From Octopus bimaculoides (Eukaryota), in NCBI RefSeq assembly GCF_001194135.2, contig NC_068990.1:53575423-53608864 (forward strand): 33,442 bases of DNA, read 5' to 3'. A program made the position numbers and the translations under genes. Shown here piece after piece: positions 9,217-20,145 of this stretch (its first letter is position 1; every line of letters starts with the position of its first letter). Below the pieces are notes generated by a model that worked only from the letters and a program-made list of their open reading frames with translations, had not been told where the DNA came from and made no database searches.

Positions 9217-9599
9217 ATTTCTTTCATTAGCCATACAGGGCTCAATAAAGATGGGACAAATACAATGTAGAGCTTTTCTTTTTGGGAGGGGGAAGGGAAA
9301 AAATAGGGGTGTGTCGATCAAAAAGGATCGTAGGAAGGGAAAAATGGGGGAGTTCGATCAAAAGGGATCGAGGTAAAAAAAAAAAAAAGCGATCAATAGG
9401 GATCGTGTATCACAGTAATGTTCTCGTGTAAAAGGAGGGGAGGACAGTTTAGGTTTAGCCGTGGAAAGAAAAGCCTACGGAAAAGACCACGGTAACCTTG
9501 GTCAATATTGTCATTGCTGAAACTATAACAGTAAGTGACTCTCTTTTGCCTTTTTGTTTTATCTTTTTTTCCTGGATTTTTTTTCTAGTTCATAGGGTT
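9217..9599 (-). mobile_element. Probable LINE 3' UTR (L1/Tx1-like) with repeated hairpins
   Basis: The minus strand is pyrimidine-rich and ends ...cattgtatttgtcccatctttattgagccctgtatggctaatgaaagaaa, directly before (TATC)n. It contains three CGATC-N6-GATCG hairpins. The family assignment is an inference from composition and the A-rich end; no coding sequence is visible before the gap. Confidence 0.4.
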
Positions 9600-10415
9600 N
9601 NNNNNNNNNNNNNNNNNNNNNNNNNNNNNNNNNNNNNNNNNNNNNNNNNNNNNNNNNNNNNNNNNNNNNNNNNNNNNNNNNNNNNNNNNNNNNNNNNNNN
9701 NNNNNNNNNNNNNNNNNNNNNNNNNNNNNNNNNNNNNNNNNNNNNNNNNNNNNNNNNNNNNNNNNNNNNNNNNNNNNNNNNNNNNNNNNNNNNNNNNNNN
9801 NNNNNNNNNNNNNNNNNNNNNNNNNNNNNNNNNNNNNNNNNNNNNNNNNNNNNNNNNNNNNNNNNNNNNNNNNNNNNNNNNNNNNNNNNNNNNNNNNNNN
9901 NNNNNNNNNNNNNNNNNNNNNNNNNNNNNNNNNNNNNNNNNNNNNNNNNNNNNNNNNNNNNNNNNNNNNNNNNNNNNNNNNNNNNNNNNNNNNNNNNNNN
10001 NNNNNNNNNNNNNNNNNNNNNNNNNNNNNNNNNNNNNNNNNNNNNNNNNNNNNNNNNNNNNNNNNNNNNNNNNNNNNNNNNNNNNNNNNNNNNNNNNNNN
10101 NNNNNNNNNNNNNNNNNNNNNNNNNNNNNNNNNNNNNNNNNNNNNNNNNNNNNNNNNNNNNNNNNNNNNNNNNNNNNNNNNNNNNNNNNNNNNNNNNNNN
10201 NNNNNNNNNNNNNNNNNNNNNNNNNNNNNNNNNNNNNNNNNNNNNNNNNNNNNNNNNNNNNNNNNNNNNNNNNNNNNNNNNNNNNNNNNNNNNNNNNNNN
10301 NNNNNNNNNNNNNNNNNNNNNNNNNNNNNNNNNNNNNNNNNNNNNNNNNNNNNNNNNNNNNNNNNNNNNNNNNNNNNNNNNNNNNNNNNNNNNNNNNNNN
10401 NNNNNNNNNNNNNNN

Positions 10416-10490
<75 letters not shown>
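10416..10490. repeat. (CTAT)n-(AT)n microsatellite
   Basis: Read directly from the sequence, after gap 9600-10415. Confidence 0.95.
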
Positions 10491-10498
<8 letters not shown>

Positions 10499-10577
10499 TT
10501 GTTATTTGCGTCTGTGTTTGTCCCCCCACCATCGCTTGACAACCGATGTTGATGTATTTACGTTCCCCTCACTTAAC
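10491..10577 (+). mobile_element. SINE family B 3'-half fragment
   Basis: gtctgtgtttgtccccccaccatcgcttgacaaccgatgttg matches 25190-25260 and the reverse complement of 11408-11490. Confidence 0.78.
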
Positions 10578-11290
10578 TTCAGAAACCTGCTCAGCCGCTT
10601 CCAACCGGCGGACTGGACTTCCTGAATGCGCCAATGTGAACAAAGGTAAATAGCATTGGCTCTTCCAGACCGTAAATAAATATAGTAATCTGTAGGCCTG
10701 TAGATAGAAGTACCATAAGTTTCTCACAATTCAGAGTCGTCGGCTACACAGATCACAAATTTGTGATCAGTACGGTTGAACTGGATAGAATCTATAGGTA
10801 GGGACCTGAATATTGGAAGCTGAACGCGTCAAGCATCCAGAGACCGGGTTAATAAGTTAGTTCATCGGAAGTTACCGGGTTGCAATCATGAGCAACTGAT
10901 GGTGGATAGCCCTGAAAAGCCCTATTAGTGTGGATGTCGATGAACCGCTTTGCATGCACTCGTCCAGTGTCGATGAAACCATTGTGCATGCACTTGTCCA
11001 GTGTCTGGGCATTGCTAATTTGTGGAGCTTTATCTGACTGGTATTGGCGTATGTAGGACGAATCCGGTTATCGACTGTGTCCATCGTGAGGATCGCCCCG
11101 CCACCTTCTTTTGGCAGGGGGATGAGAGTGATGCCTGCCTGGGGTGCCCCTGGCGGTCGAGGTAACCAGGATGTGTGAGGCTCCTTGGTCGGTTCCCAAT
11201 GAAACTCCCATTTTGGTGGGATTTTGTTGTTTAAATTTTGTTATTGTTTGTATTGTATACACGCGTATTTGTGCTCCACCCTTCTGGCAC
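10578..11290 (+). mobile_element. Tx1/L1-clade remnant: APE C-terminal half joined to C-terminal Zn knuckle and 3' UTR, RT absent
   Basis: Manual translation gives FRNLLSRFQ..., RVVGYTDHKFV (10745) and GPEYWKLNAS (10802), the end of an APE domain. About 150 nt later comes VDETIVHALVQCLGIANLWSF (Zn knuckle), then GRIRLSTVSIVRIAPPPSF, then a T-rich UTR. Confidence 0.72.
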
Positions 11291-11294
11291 CCCC

Positions 11295-11377
11295 TATTTG
11301 GTCCTTGTACTTTTTTACTCATTGTTCCCAGGGCTCCGATAATTATTTGTACTACTACCATCTTTTCCAGAAACCAT
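11295..11377 (-). mobile_element. Short R4/Dong RLE C-terminal fragment abutting (TAA)n
   Basis: The minus strand after (AAT)n reads FLEKMVVVQIIIGALGTMSKK. This resembles the conserved V.P(I/V)VIGALG motif near the end of RLE domains (compare PMVIRLLGSIP in family 1). Confidence 0.55.
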
Positions 11378-11407
11378 ATTATTATTATTATTATTATNNN
11401 NNNNNNN

Positions 11408-11659
11408 TCTCTTTTGCCGAACTGCTAAGTTACAGGGACATAAACAAACCAGCATCAATTGTCAAGCGATGGTGGGGGACAGACACACACACTCATACGA
11501 TGGGCCTCTTTCAGTTTCCATCTACCAAATCTACTCACAAGGCTTTGGTCAGCCCGAGGCTATAACAGAAGACACTTGCTCAAGGTGCTATGCAGTGGGA
11601 CTGAACCCAGAACCATGTGGTTGGTAAGCAATCTACTTACCACACAGCCACTCCTGTGC
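11408..11659 (-). mobile_element. SINE family B with intact tRNA-like head
   Basis: The reverse complement starts gcacaggagtggctgtgtggtaag (A-box) and has GGTTCAGTCCC (B-box). The body is shared with 1690-2065. Confidence 0.85.
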
Positions 11660-11917
11660 TTTTGTGTATGTTTTGTATGTTCACATGCATACAGCAGTGC
11701 ATGCACCGATGGATACATAATATTTCTAGTATATTATGTGGCCATCCATTTGAGTGATAAACTGTGATGTGCAAACCATTAGAATCGTGTGTTCTTTGTT
11801 ACCATTTAGGTCAGTGCTTCTAAAACTATCTGATGTGGTGTACCAGTAGTTATTTTTTCCAATGTGCCAGGGACCGGTAATATTTTTTAGTAATATCAAT
11901 TTATACTGGAATCAATA

Positions 11918-12260
11918 TCATTATCATCATCATCATCATTGTTTAACGTCCGTTTTCCATGCTGGCATGGGTTGGAGGATTCATCTGGTGTCTGGGAAGC
12001 CAGGAGGCTGCACCAGGCCGCAATCTGATCTGGCAGTGTTTCTACAGCTGGATGCCCTTCCTAATGCCAACCACTCCAAGAGTGTAGTGGGCCAGAGGAG
12101 CTGGCATCGACCATGATTGGATGGTACTTTTTACATGTCTCTGACACAGAAGCCAGTCAAGGTGGCACTAGCATCAGCCACATTCAGATGGTGCTTTTTA
12201 TGTGCTACCGGCACAGGGCTCACAGCTACAATTTCCATTTGATTTGATTTTGATATTGCT
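11918..12260 (-). mobile_element. Retroposon-like repeat with (GAT)n tail (RTE-type 3' end, inferred)
   Basis: The minus strand has ggttggcattaggaagggcatccagctgtagaaac and ends ccaacccatgccagcatggaaaacggacgttaaac followed by (GAT)n. It contains an internal duplication (ggcatcgaccatgattggatggtacttttta versus agcatcagccacattcagatggtgcttttta). Family attribution is from memory. Confidence 0.55.
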
Positions 12261-12430
12261 GATGTTGATGAATATAATAAAAGTTGACAATTTTTATCTT
12301 ATATTTATTTTGTGAACAAATAATACACTATTACATAAGCATTTTATAATCATTTTATAATGTTTCTTTCTTGGAAACTCGCTGTGTACCTGCAGCTGAT
12401 GGCTCGCGGACCGGCACCTGTCCACCTGTC

Positions 12431-12575
12431 CACCGAGGTCAACTTTGCCTTCCTTCCTTTCAGGGTCGATAAAATAAGTACTTGTTGAGTACTGGGGTTG
12501 ATGTAGTCAATTTACCCCTTCCCCAAAAATTTCAGGCCTTGTGCCTATAGTAGAAAGGATTATCANNNNNNNNNN

Positions 12576-12619
<44 letters not shown>
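12431..12619 (+). mobile_element. SINE family A, 5'-truncated, with (ATT)n tail
   Basis: Central domain caccgaggtcaactttgccttcc...gtcgataaaataagtac and tail ccccaaaaatttcaggccttgtgcctatagtagaaaggatt, followed by (ATT)n across a 10-N gap. Confidence 0.82.
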
Positions 12620-12829
12620 CAGCTGAGAGACAGATGCGCCGAGTTAATCGTCAGGTATATTGGAAAACAAAAACAGTATTTATTTTCTTTATATGTTGGT
12701 CGCCTTTTATTGCATTTGTAACATTTTTACTGAGTGAACAGAAGAGGAGAATTTCTCATCGAATATTTACCTTCAAGAATGAAAGGATTGTGACCTTTAT
12801 TTACCAGTCACTCACATGGCAAACAAATA

Positions 12830-12885
<56 letters not shown>
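12830..12885. repeat. (TAG)n microsatellite
   Basis: Read directly from the sequence. Confidence 0.95.
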
Positions 12886-12886
<1 letters not shown>

Positions 12887-13329
12887 ACAGTGAGAGAGGG
12901 AGGATTTCTGTACAGGGTGTCGACAACAAATAACGTACTGAACAGGAACAACATCGACAGTACATAGAGACGCAATAAGAAGAGAAACGAAAACAATACT
13001 TAGAAGACAGCAGCCATAACAACACTACAAATAACAATAGCAGAAACAACAACTACAATAACTACAACAATAACAATGCCAGTAATAGGAATAACAACAA
13101 CAGCAATAACAAATGTAACAAACTACTTATCATTGCACAAACATTTTGCTCTAAAACGAGGCCAAGGAAGTGACTTTCCCTAGGTTCTTTGTATTAAGTC
13201 TCACTTTATCATATTGGAGGAGTTTGAATAGATGTGAAGGCAGATATTCATCTCCCAATGTATCTAGAAAGTTGTAGGGATTGGGAATATGTCTACGTTT
13301 AAATAAAAACTTGTGTGGGTTATTGGAGC

Positions 13330-15407
13330 AATTTCTCTTTTCATATAAGAGAAATATATGGCAGAGGATTTCAACCTGAATGTATCATGGTTAAATGCAA
13401 TTGAGAAAGAATACTGTACCAACACTAACAGTAAAACAAAATTGATGCAGAAACCTTCGCTATAGCAGTAAGCAAACTGCAGAATGGGAAGGCACCTGGA
13501 AGGGACCTAATAACTGGATATTGGTACAAGAAGCTGACATTTTATAGAAACTAATTGATATGTATGTTCAAAAGGACTATGGAAGGTCAGGCTGATGTAC
13601 CAAATTGGCTTGCTACAACAAGGACAAATCTTGTTGCCAAAAATAAAATCCTCGAGATGGCAGGAAACTACAGGCCCATCACTTGCCTAAACATTATGTA
13701 CAAACTGTACACAAGTTGCCTCAGCCATTTCCTTCAGAACCATAGTGTGTCGAACAATATTGTGACTGATGAACAGGCTGGTGGAAAGAAGGGAGTGTGG
13801 GGATGTGGCGAACAACTTTTAATAAACAAGGCTGTACAATCCGAAGTAAGTAAACAACGTAGAGACCTTGTGACAGTATGGCTTGACTATAGGAAGGCAT
13901 TCGATTCTGTCCCTCATTCATGGCTGTTGAAGTGCCTACATCTAGCGAAAGTACGTATTACCTTAATTGCTGCTACAGAGAGACTCACAAAGACATGGAC
14001 AGCAATTCATACCTTTACAGCTGAGAACAGAGTAATTGCTTCTGATAGTATAGACATTTCAAAGGGAATATTCCAGGGAGATAGCCTTTCTGTACTCCTC
14101 ATTCTGGCACTGAATTCATTATAGTTCCTACTGCAGAAAACAAATGGTTACATGCTAGGATCTTCGACTACTAGAAATATCAATGTAACTCATAATTTCT
14201 TTGTAGCCGACCTGAAGATTTATGCTAAAAGTAAAAAATGCTCATAAAACAACTGGAATTAATAACAAAACTTTCAGCTGATATAGGCATGGAATTCTGC
14301 CAAAAGAAATGTTTATATTTGGTTATAGAACGAGGAAAGTCAGTCTCCCAACCCCAAAACCTGTGTATCAACGGTCTCTCTATCTCCTCCATTCCACACA
14401 AAGAATGTTACAAGTACGTAGACATAGACGAAAATGTATCATATGAAGGCACTGTGAATAAAGGTAGAGTGACCCGAGAATTTTATACCAGACTTTGGAA
14501 AGTATGGCAGTCGGAACTCTCCTCTTACAACAAAACAATATCCCACCAGAGCTGATTCCAACATTTGGAATACTTGATTGGTCTGTAGAGGAAATCCACT
14601 CAATAAATTTCAAAACCCGCAAAATCCTGACAACAACTTGGAACTGCCACAGAAACAGTGACGTTGACAGGCTCTACCTAAGAAGAAATAAAGTAGTACA
14701 GGTCTGAGATCAGTGCAGGCAGCCTTCGAATGTCGTATGATATCACTCAGGCAGCATCTGCTAAACAACAGCAGCAAGATAAATGTATAAAAGTAGTGCT
14801 GAAAAGTGAAGTAAGCAACATTGTACGAGTGGGCAGTGAGCTCCTCATGAAGCACTCTCTTCCCGATGATCTATACAGCCTCAAAACAGCTGGGCTCTCT
14901 TACCTCAGAAGACCTGGATTGGAAGCGCTCAGCATACAAAAAAAGACTATGCATGAGTATGTTGCCCGGAAGCTTGAAGAAGACAGTAAAATTGACACGA
15001 AGCGCAACTTTTCTTGGACACAAGACCACGACGTCATATCACACTTTGAAGGCTACACGTTTGTAATCAAGGAACAGGAAATTGCCACAAAGTACTTGGT
15101 GAACAAGAAAGACAGTGACATTCTTGTAATCCCAAGGGGCAACTGCATGTGTAGGCTATGTCATGTTTCTATGGAAGACATCACGCATGTGATCAGCAAC
15201 TGTCCTAAAATGTCGTCACGATACTACCTCCCTATGCAGCACGATGTTGTTGCTAAAACAATTTACAATGCCATCCGCCAAAAAGACTGTCCCGAAATAA
15301 ACTTAAAAATCCCTCTGTTATGGAATAGATTCATAAACGCCAACTCAAGGAATACTGGTGGAATATTCCCATCAAAATTTCTGTCAAATGTAAACGTAAC
15401 AGGCCGG
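13330..15407 (+). mobile_element. R4/Dong-clade RLE LINE (family 2), 5'-truncated pseudogene
   Basis: RT motifs: GKAPGRDLITGYWYKK, NYRPITCLNIMYKLYT, EQAGGKKGVWGCGEQLLINK, WLDYRKAFDSVPHSW, KGIFQGDSLS, THNFFVADLKIY, NSDVDRLYLRR. Then EQEIATKY and a CCHC knuckle CRLC..HVISNC. The RLE motif WWNIPI..KCKRNRP(D) is cut by (TA)n at 15408. The start is approximate. Confidence 0.9.
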
Positions 15408-15703
15408 TATATATATATATATATATATATNNNNNNNNNNNNNNNNNNNNNNNNNNNNNNNNNNNNNNNNNNNNNNNNNNNNNNNNNNNNNNNNNNNNNN
15501 NNNNNNNNNNNNNNNNNNNNNNNNNNNNNNNNNNNNNNNNNNNNNNNNNNNNNNNNNNNNNNNNNNNNNNNNNNNNNNNNNNNNNNNNNNNNNNNNNNNN
15601 NNNNNNNNNNNNNNNNNNNNNNNNNNNNNNNNNNNNNNNNNNNNNNNNNNNNNNNNNNNNNNNNNNNNNNNNNNNNNNNNNNNNNNNNNNNNNNNNNNNN
15701 NNN

Positions 15704-16029
15704 TTGTATCTTTGTTGGAAACCGGCTCCTCAATGAAACATTTCTAATAATTAAAAATAGAAGAGACACACACACATACATACATACATACATACTTACA
15801 TACATACCTATATACATACATACATGCATACATTCAAACACACACATACATACAAACACATACATACATACAAACACACACGCATACACACACAAACATA
15901 CATACATTCGTTCAAACACATACAAACATACATGCATACATACAAACATACATACATACACACATACATGCTACATACATACATGCTCATATACATATAT
16001 ACATGCATACATACTACATACATACATGC

Positions 16030-16060
<31 letters not shown>

Positions 16061-16080
16061 CATACATACATACATACAAA
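15704..16080 (+). repeat. Putative family 2 3'-end motif followed by long degenerate (CATA)n
   Basis: tgtatctttgttggaaaccggctc (15705-15728) matches 17611-17634 at 19/24. The (CATA)n/(CA)n tract runs from about 15765 to 16080. Confidence 0.55.
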
Positions 16081-16495
16081 TAGTATTTGCCCAACTTTGT
16101 ACAAATACAATAGTATTTGTGCTACTGCGAGTATCCATTTTCCCCGTCAAGGATTGCTATCAAAACATTCTCTCTGATCATGGATTTACTTAAGGAATAC
16201 CCGATCTAAATGGATTTAAATTGGATTTCTCCTCCCTTTCTAGACATAATAAATCACAACAATTATCATTGATGAGGAACTTTCTTCTACTGTTGCATAT
16301 GTCTAACTTATTTCTCTCCGATGACGGTATATTCAGCATATGGAGTCTTCGCTTGACACGATGCTCCAATAGTTGGAACAACCAAGAAACAGCTGCCAGA
16401 AACTATCCAAACGTTTTATTATATAGCTAAATTAAATTATTAAATGCCCTTGTCAAATCTTGCCAAACTGCTGGCCTTTCCTTTTCTACTTTAGC

Positions 16496-16550
16496 ATATA
16501 CATACATACATACATACATACATACATACATACATACATACATACATACA
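16496..16550. repeat. (CATA)n microsatellite
   Basis: Read directly from the sequence; it abuts the LINE fragment at 16549. Confidence 0.95.
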
Positions 16551-16659
16551 CCAACTCTCACTTTAAAGGGTATGCCTTTGCTATTCAAGAACAAGAAATA
16601 GCAACCAAATTCCTAATAAACAAACGGGACAGAGAGGCGGGCAAAGCACCACAATGTAA
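16549..16659 (+). mobile_element. 5'-truncated R4/Dong family 2-related fragment starting at (CATA)n
   Basis: SHFKGYAFAIQEQEIATKFLINKRD matches SHFEGYTFVIKEQEIATKYLVNKKD (about 15039-15113) at 18/25 aa, with many third-position differences. It runs into gap 16660-17452. Confidence 0.8.
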
Positions 16660-17589
16660 NNNNNNNNNNNNNNNNNNNNNNNNNNNNNNNNNNNNNNNNN
16701 NNNNNNNNNNNNNNNNNNNNNNNNNNNNNNNNNNNNNNNNNNNNNNNNNNNNNNNNNNNNNNNNNNNNNNNNNNNNNNNNNNNNNNNNNNNNNNNNNNNN
16801 NNNNNNNNNNNNNNNNNNNNNNNNNNNNNNNNNNNNNNNNNNNNNNNNNNNNNNNNNNNNNNNNNNNNNNNNNNNNNNNNNNNNNNNNNNNNNNNNNNNN
16901 NNNNNNNNNNNNNNNNNNNNNNNNNNNNNNNNNNNNNNNNNNNNNNNNNNNNNNNNNNNNNNNNNNNNNNNNNNNNNNNNNNNNNNNNNNNNNNNNNNNN
17001 NNNNNNNNNNNNNNNNNNNNNNNNNNNNNNNNNNNNNNNNNNNNNNNNNNNNNNNNNNNNNNNNNNNNNNNNNNNNNNNNNNNNNNNNNNNNNNNNNNNN
17101 NNNNNNNNNNNNNNNNNNNNNNNNNNNNNNNNNNNNNNNNNNNNNNNNNNNNNNNNNNNNNNNNNNNNNNNNNNNNNNNNNNNNNNNNNNNNNNNNNNNN
17201 NNNNNNNNNNNNNNNNNNNNNNNNNNNNNNNNNNNNNNNNNNNNNNNNNNNNNNNNNNNNNNNNNNNNNNNNNNNNNNNNNNNNNNNNNNNNNNNNNNNN
17301 NNNNNNNNNNNNNNNNNNNNNNNNNNNNNNNNNNNNNNNNNNNNNNNNNNNNNNNNNNNNNNNNNNNNNNNNNNNNNNNNNNNNNNNNNNNNNNNNNNNN
17401 NNNNNNNNNNNNNNNNNNNNNNNNNNNNNNNNNNNNNNNNNNNNNNNNNNNNAATTTAGCACATAAATACATATGCATGCATCTAGACATAAAAACGCAT
17501 CCATAAAACAAACATACAAATCTGTGCATACACTAACACCAAATACTGCACACACACACATATGCACAAATACCTAGATGATGTTGATA

Positions 17590-17704
17590 AAAGTTCCAAT
17601 GAAGGAGCCTTGAATCTATGTTAGAGTCCGGCTCTTTCTCTATGGACAAGAAATACAGAAATGAAACTGATTGATAACATACATACATACATACATACAT
17701 ACAT
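17590..17704 (+). mobile_element. Putative family 2 3' UTR ending in (CATA)n
   Basis: tgaatctatgttagagtccggctc (17611-17634) is homologous to 15705-15728. (CATA)n runs from 17677 to 17704. Confidence 0.5.
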
Positions 17705-17721
17705 AGACGCCCTTCCCTATA

Positions 17722-17779
17722 TTTTTTTAAAAACCGAACCAAGTTTTTTTAAAAATCGAATCAAGTTTTTTTAATATCG
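17722..17779. repeat. 22-bp minisatellite, about 2.6 copies
   Basis: Units: tttttttaaaaaccgaaccaag, tttttttaaaaatcgaatcaag, tttttttaatatcg. Confidence 0.85.
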
Positions 17780-20100
17780 CCTATCACTTAACACATATGT
17801 ATAAGTGCAATTCCGTAAAATATTCACGCTTATTTACGTGGCAGATATATGCAATTTAATTAAAGGTTGTATCGTATATACAGGAATTTTTTATTTTTGT
17901 TTATGGGGAAATTGGAAAAATAAGAGTGAATATTTATTTTATCCGTGCTGTGCATAAAGTATATAAAGTACATTAAGTAATTTTCCTATTCTAATTTCTT
18001 TCAATGAGTAGTAGATGAGCGACTATCTTTCCATACAGACACAACACAGGCTACGCTTTCTGCCTTTTTGTGGGGGATAAACTCTTCAGAAATAACCCTA
18101 TAGGTTTACTATTAATTCCGTGAAATATTCTCGGGTCCCGCTCGTATAAATTAATGTATATTCTATTAAATAATGAAATTATAATAAATTATAGCAATTA
18201 AATTGAGAATAAATTCAACGTTGCTTTCTTATTGAGGTGTTTGTATAATTCGCAATGCTCGCACAGACCTTCAAACATAGATGAGATCAATATAGAGGAT
18301 CTTTAGGTTGAAATTCAGTCGATGACTGTTTGCATAGATGGCATCGACAAAGGATAGGTTCTAGAGACATAATAATTATTGGGGTGGAGTGAGCTGGAAA
18401 TTAAGCTTTAGTGCCGGGTTAGAAAAGGAAGAGAAAACAGGAACTACAAAAAGAAGAGAAGTAGAATGGTGTGTAGCCAGTAATCGAACACTGTATTCTA
18501 ATATAGAAAAGTAGGAAGACTCTTAGTATCGATTCAAAGAATTAAAGAGAAGAAACATCGAAAAAGCAAATGTGTCGCAAGCTGAAACTGACTTTGAATA
18601 TTTTTCAGACAATATAAATATATATAAACAAAATAACTTTATTTCATGTGATTTGAGACGTAGAATATGTAAACGTCCTAGTCACTACCAGATCGAATAG
18701 ACTCCAATACGGCAACTGGGACTAATGTGCCCTGTCTGATGACAAAAAAAAGAAAATAGAGATAAATTCTTTGGTATGGCCAATATTTACTGCAAACGAC
18801 CTATCGTGTTTTCTGAATGTTTTCATTTCTTCCCAGGAATTTAAACATTTACAGGTACATGCAGAGGTATAGAGAGGTGATATTTTGACCTAATTACAAG
18901 TAAATGATATTCAGTACCAGCAGTTAATGTACAAAGATAATTACTGTAGATGCAGAGGTATGTAGTACTCAGAGGTGTGTACCAACCCAATTCATAACAG
19001 TACGTTAAGACATTAACTTTAACCTTGAGATTTTTTAATATAGTTATGGTTATTTAATTCTACTATCGAACTCCTCCTTATTCTCTACAACTGCACAATG
19101 AGAACGAGCATTCTTGAAAAGGTGAAAGAAAAATATTGAAAAAAATTTGCGATCTTAATGTATCGGAAAATTGAATTAAGCAACAGAAAGGTGAATAAAC
19201 GGAATGAAAATAGAGACGGTACAAAAGACTCGATTCTAAAAGTAAATAGAAACTTTTGATAACAGAAACGTCATTGTTGAAGAAATTAACCAGTTACACC
19301 CATCGATGATTTACAGTGAGTCAAGGAAACAAGAGCTACCGTTGTGTAACAATATGAGAAGATATACTGTAATGTAATGCATTATATATATATATATATA
19401 TATATATNNNNNNNNNNNNNNNNNNNNNNNNNNNNNNNNNNNNNNNNNNNNNNNNNNNNNNNNNNNNNNNNNNNNNNNNNNNNNNNNNNNNNNNNNNNNN
19501 NNNNNNNNNNNNNNNNNNNNNNNNNNNNNNNNNNNNNNNNNNNNNNNNNNNNNNNNNNNNNNNNNNNNNNNNNNNNNNNNNNNNNNNNNNNNNNNNNNNN
19601 NNNNNNNNNNNNNNNNNNNNNNNNNNNNNNNNNNNNNNNNNNNNNNNNNNNNNNNNNNNNNNNNNNNNNNNNNNNNNNNNNNNNNNNNNNNNNNNNNNNN
19701 NNNNNNNNNNNNNNNNNNNNNNNNNNNNNNNNNNNNNNNNNNNNNNNNNNNNNNNNNNNNNNNNNNNNNNNNNNNNNNNNNNNNNNNNNNNNNNNNNNNN
19801 NNNNNNNNNNNNNNNNNNNNNNNNNNNNNNNNNNNNNNNNNNNNNNNNNNNNNNNNNNNNNNNNNNNNNNNNNNNNNNNNNNNNNNNNNNNNNNNNNNNN
19901 NNNNNNNNNNNNNNNNNNNNNNNNNNNNNNNNNNNNNNNNNNNNNNNNNNNNNNNNNNNNNNNNNNNNNNNNNNNNNNNNNNNNNNNNNNNNNNNNNNNN
20001 NNNNNNNNNNNNNNNNNNNNNNNNNNNNNNNNNNNNNNNNNNNNNNNNNNNNNNNNNNNNNNNNNNNNNNNNNNNNNNNNNNNNNNNNNNNNNNNNNNNN

Positions 20101-20142
<42 letters not shown>
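20101..20142. repeat. (GA)n microsatellite
   Basis: Read directly from the sequence, after gap 19408-20100. Confidence 0.95.

Positions 20143-20145
<3 letters not shown>

Noticed and set aside
16190-16430. Short ORFs between the family 2 copies, and a possible minus-strand exon ending at GTAAAT
   Set aside because: All frames close within the putative exon and no motif was recognised.
18045-18100. Minus-strand CTGAAGA...GAAAGCGTA
   Set aside because: Stem I and stem II cannot be formed.
18736-18760. CTGATGA followed by GAAA
   Set aside because: Only an A-run separates the two motifs; there is no stem II.
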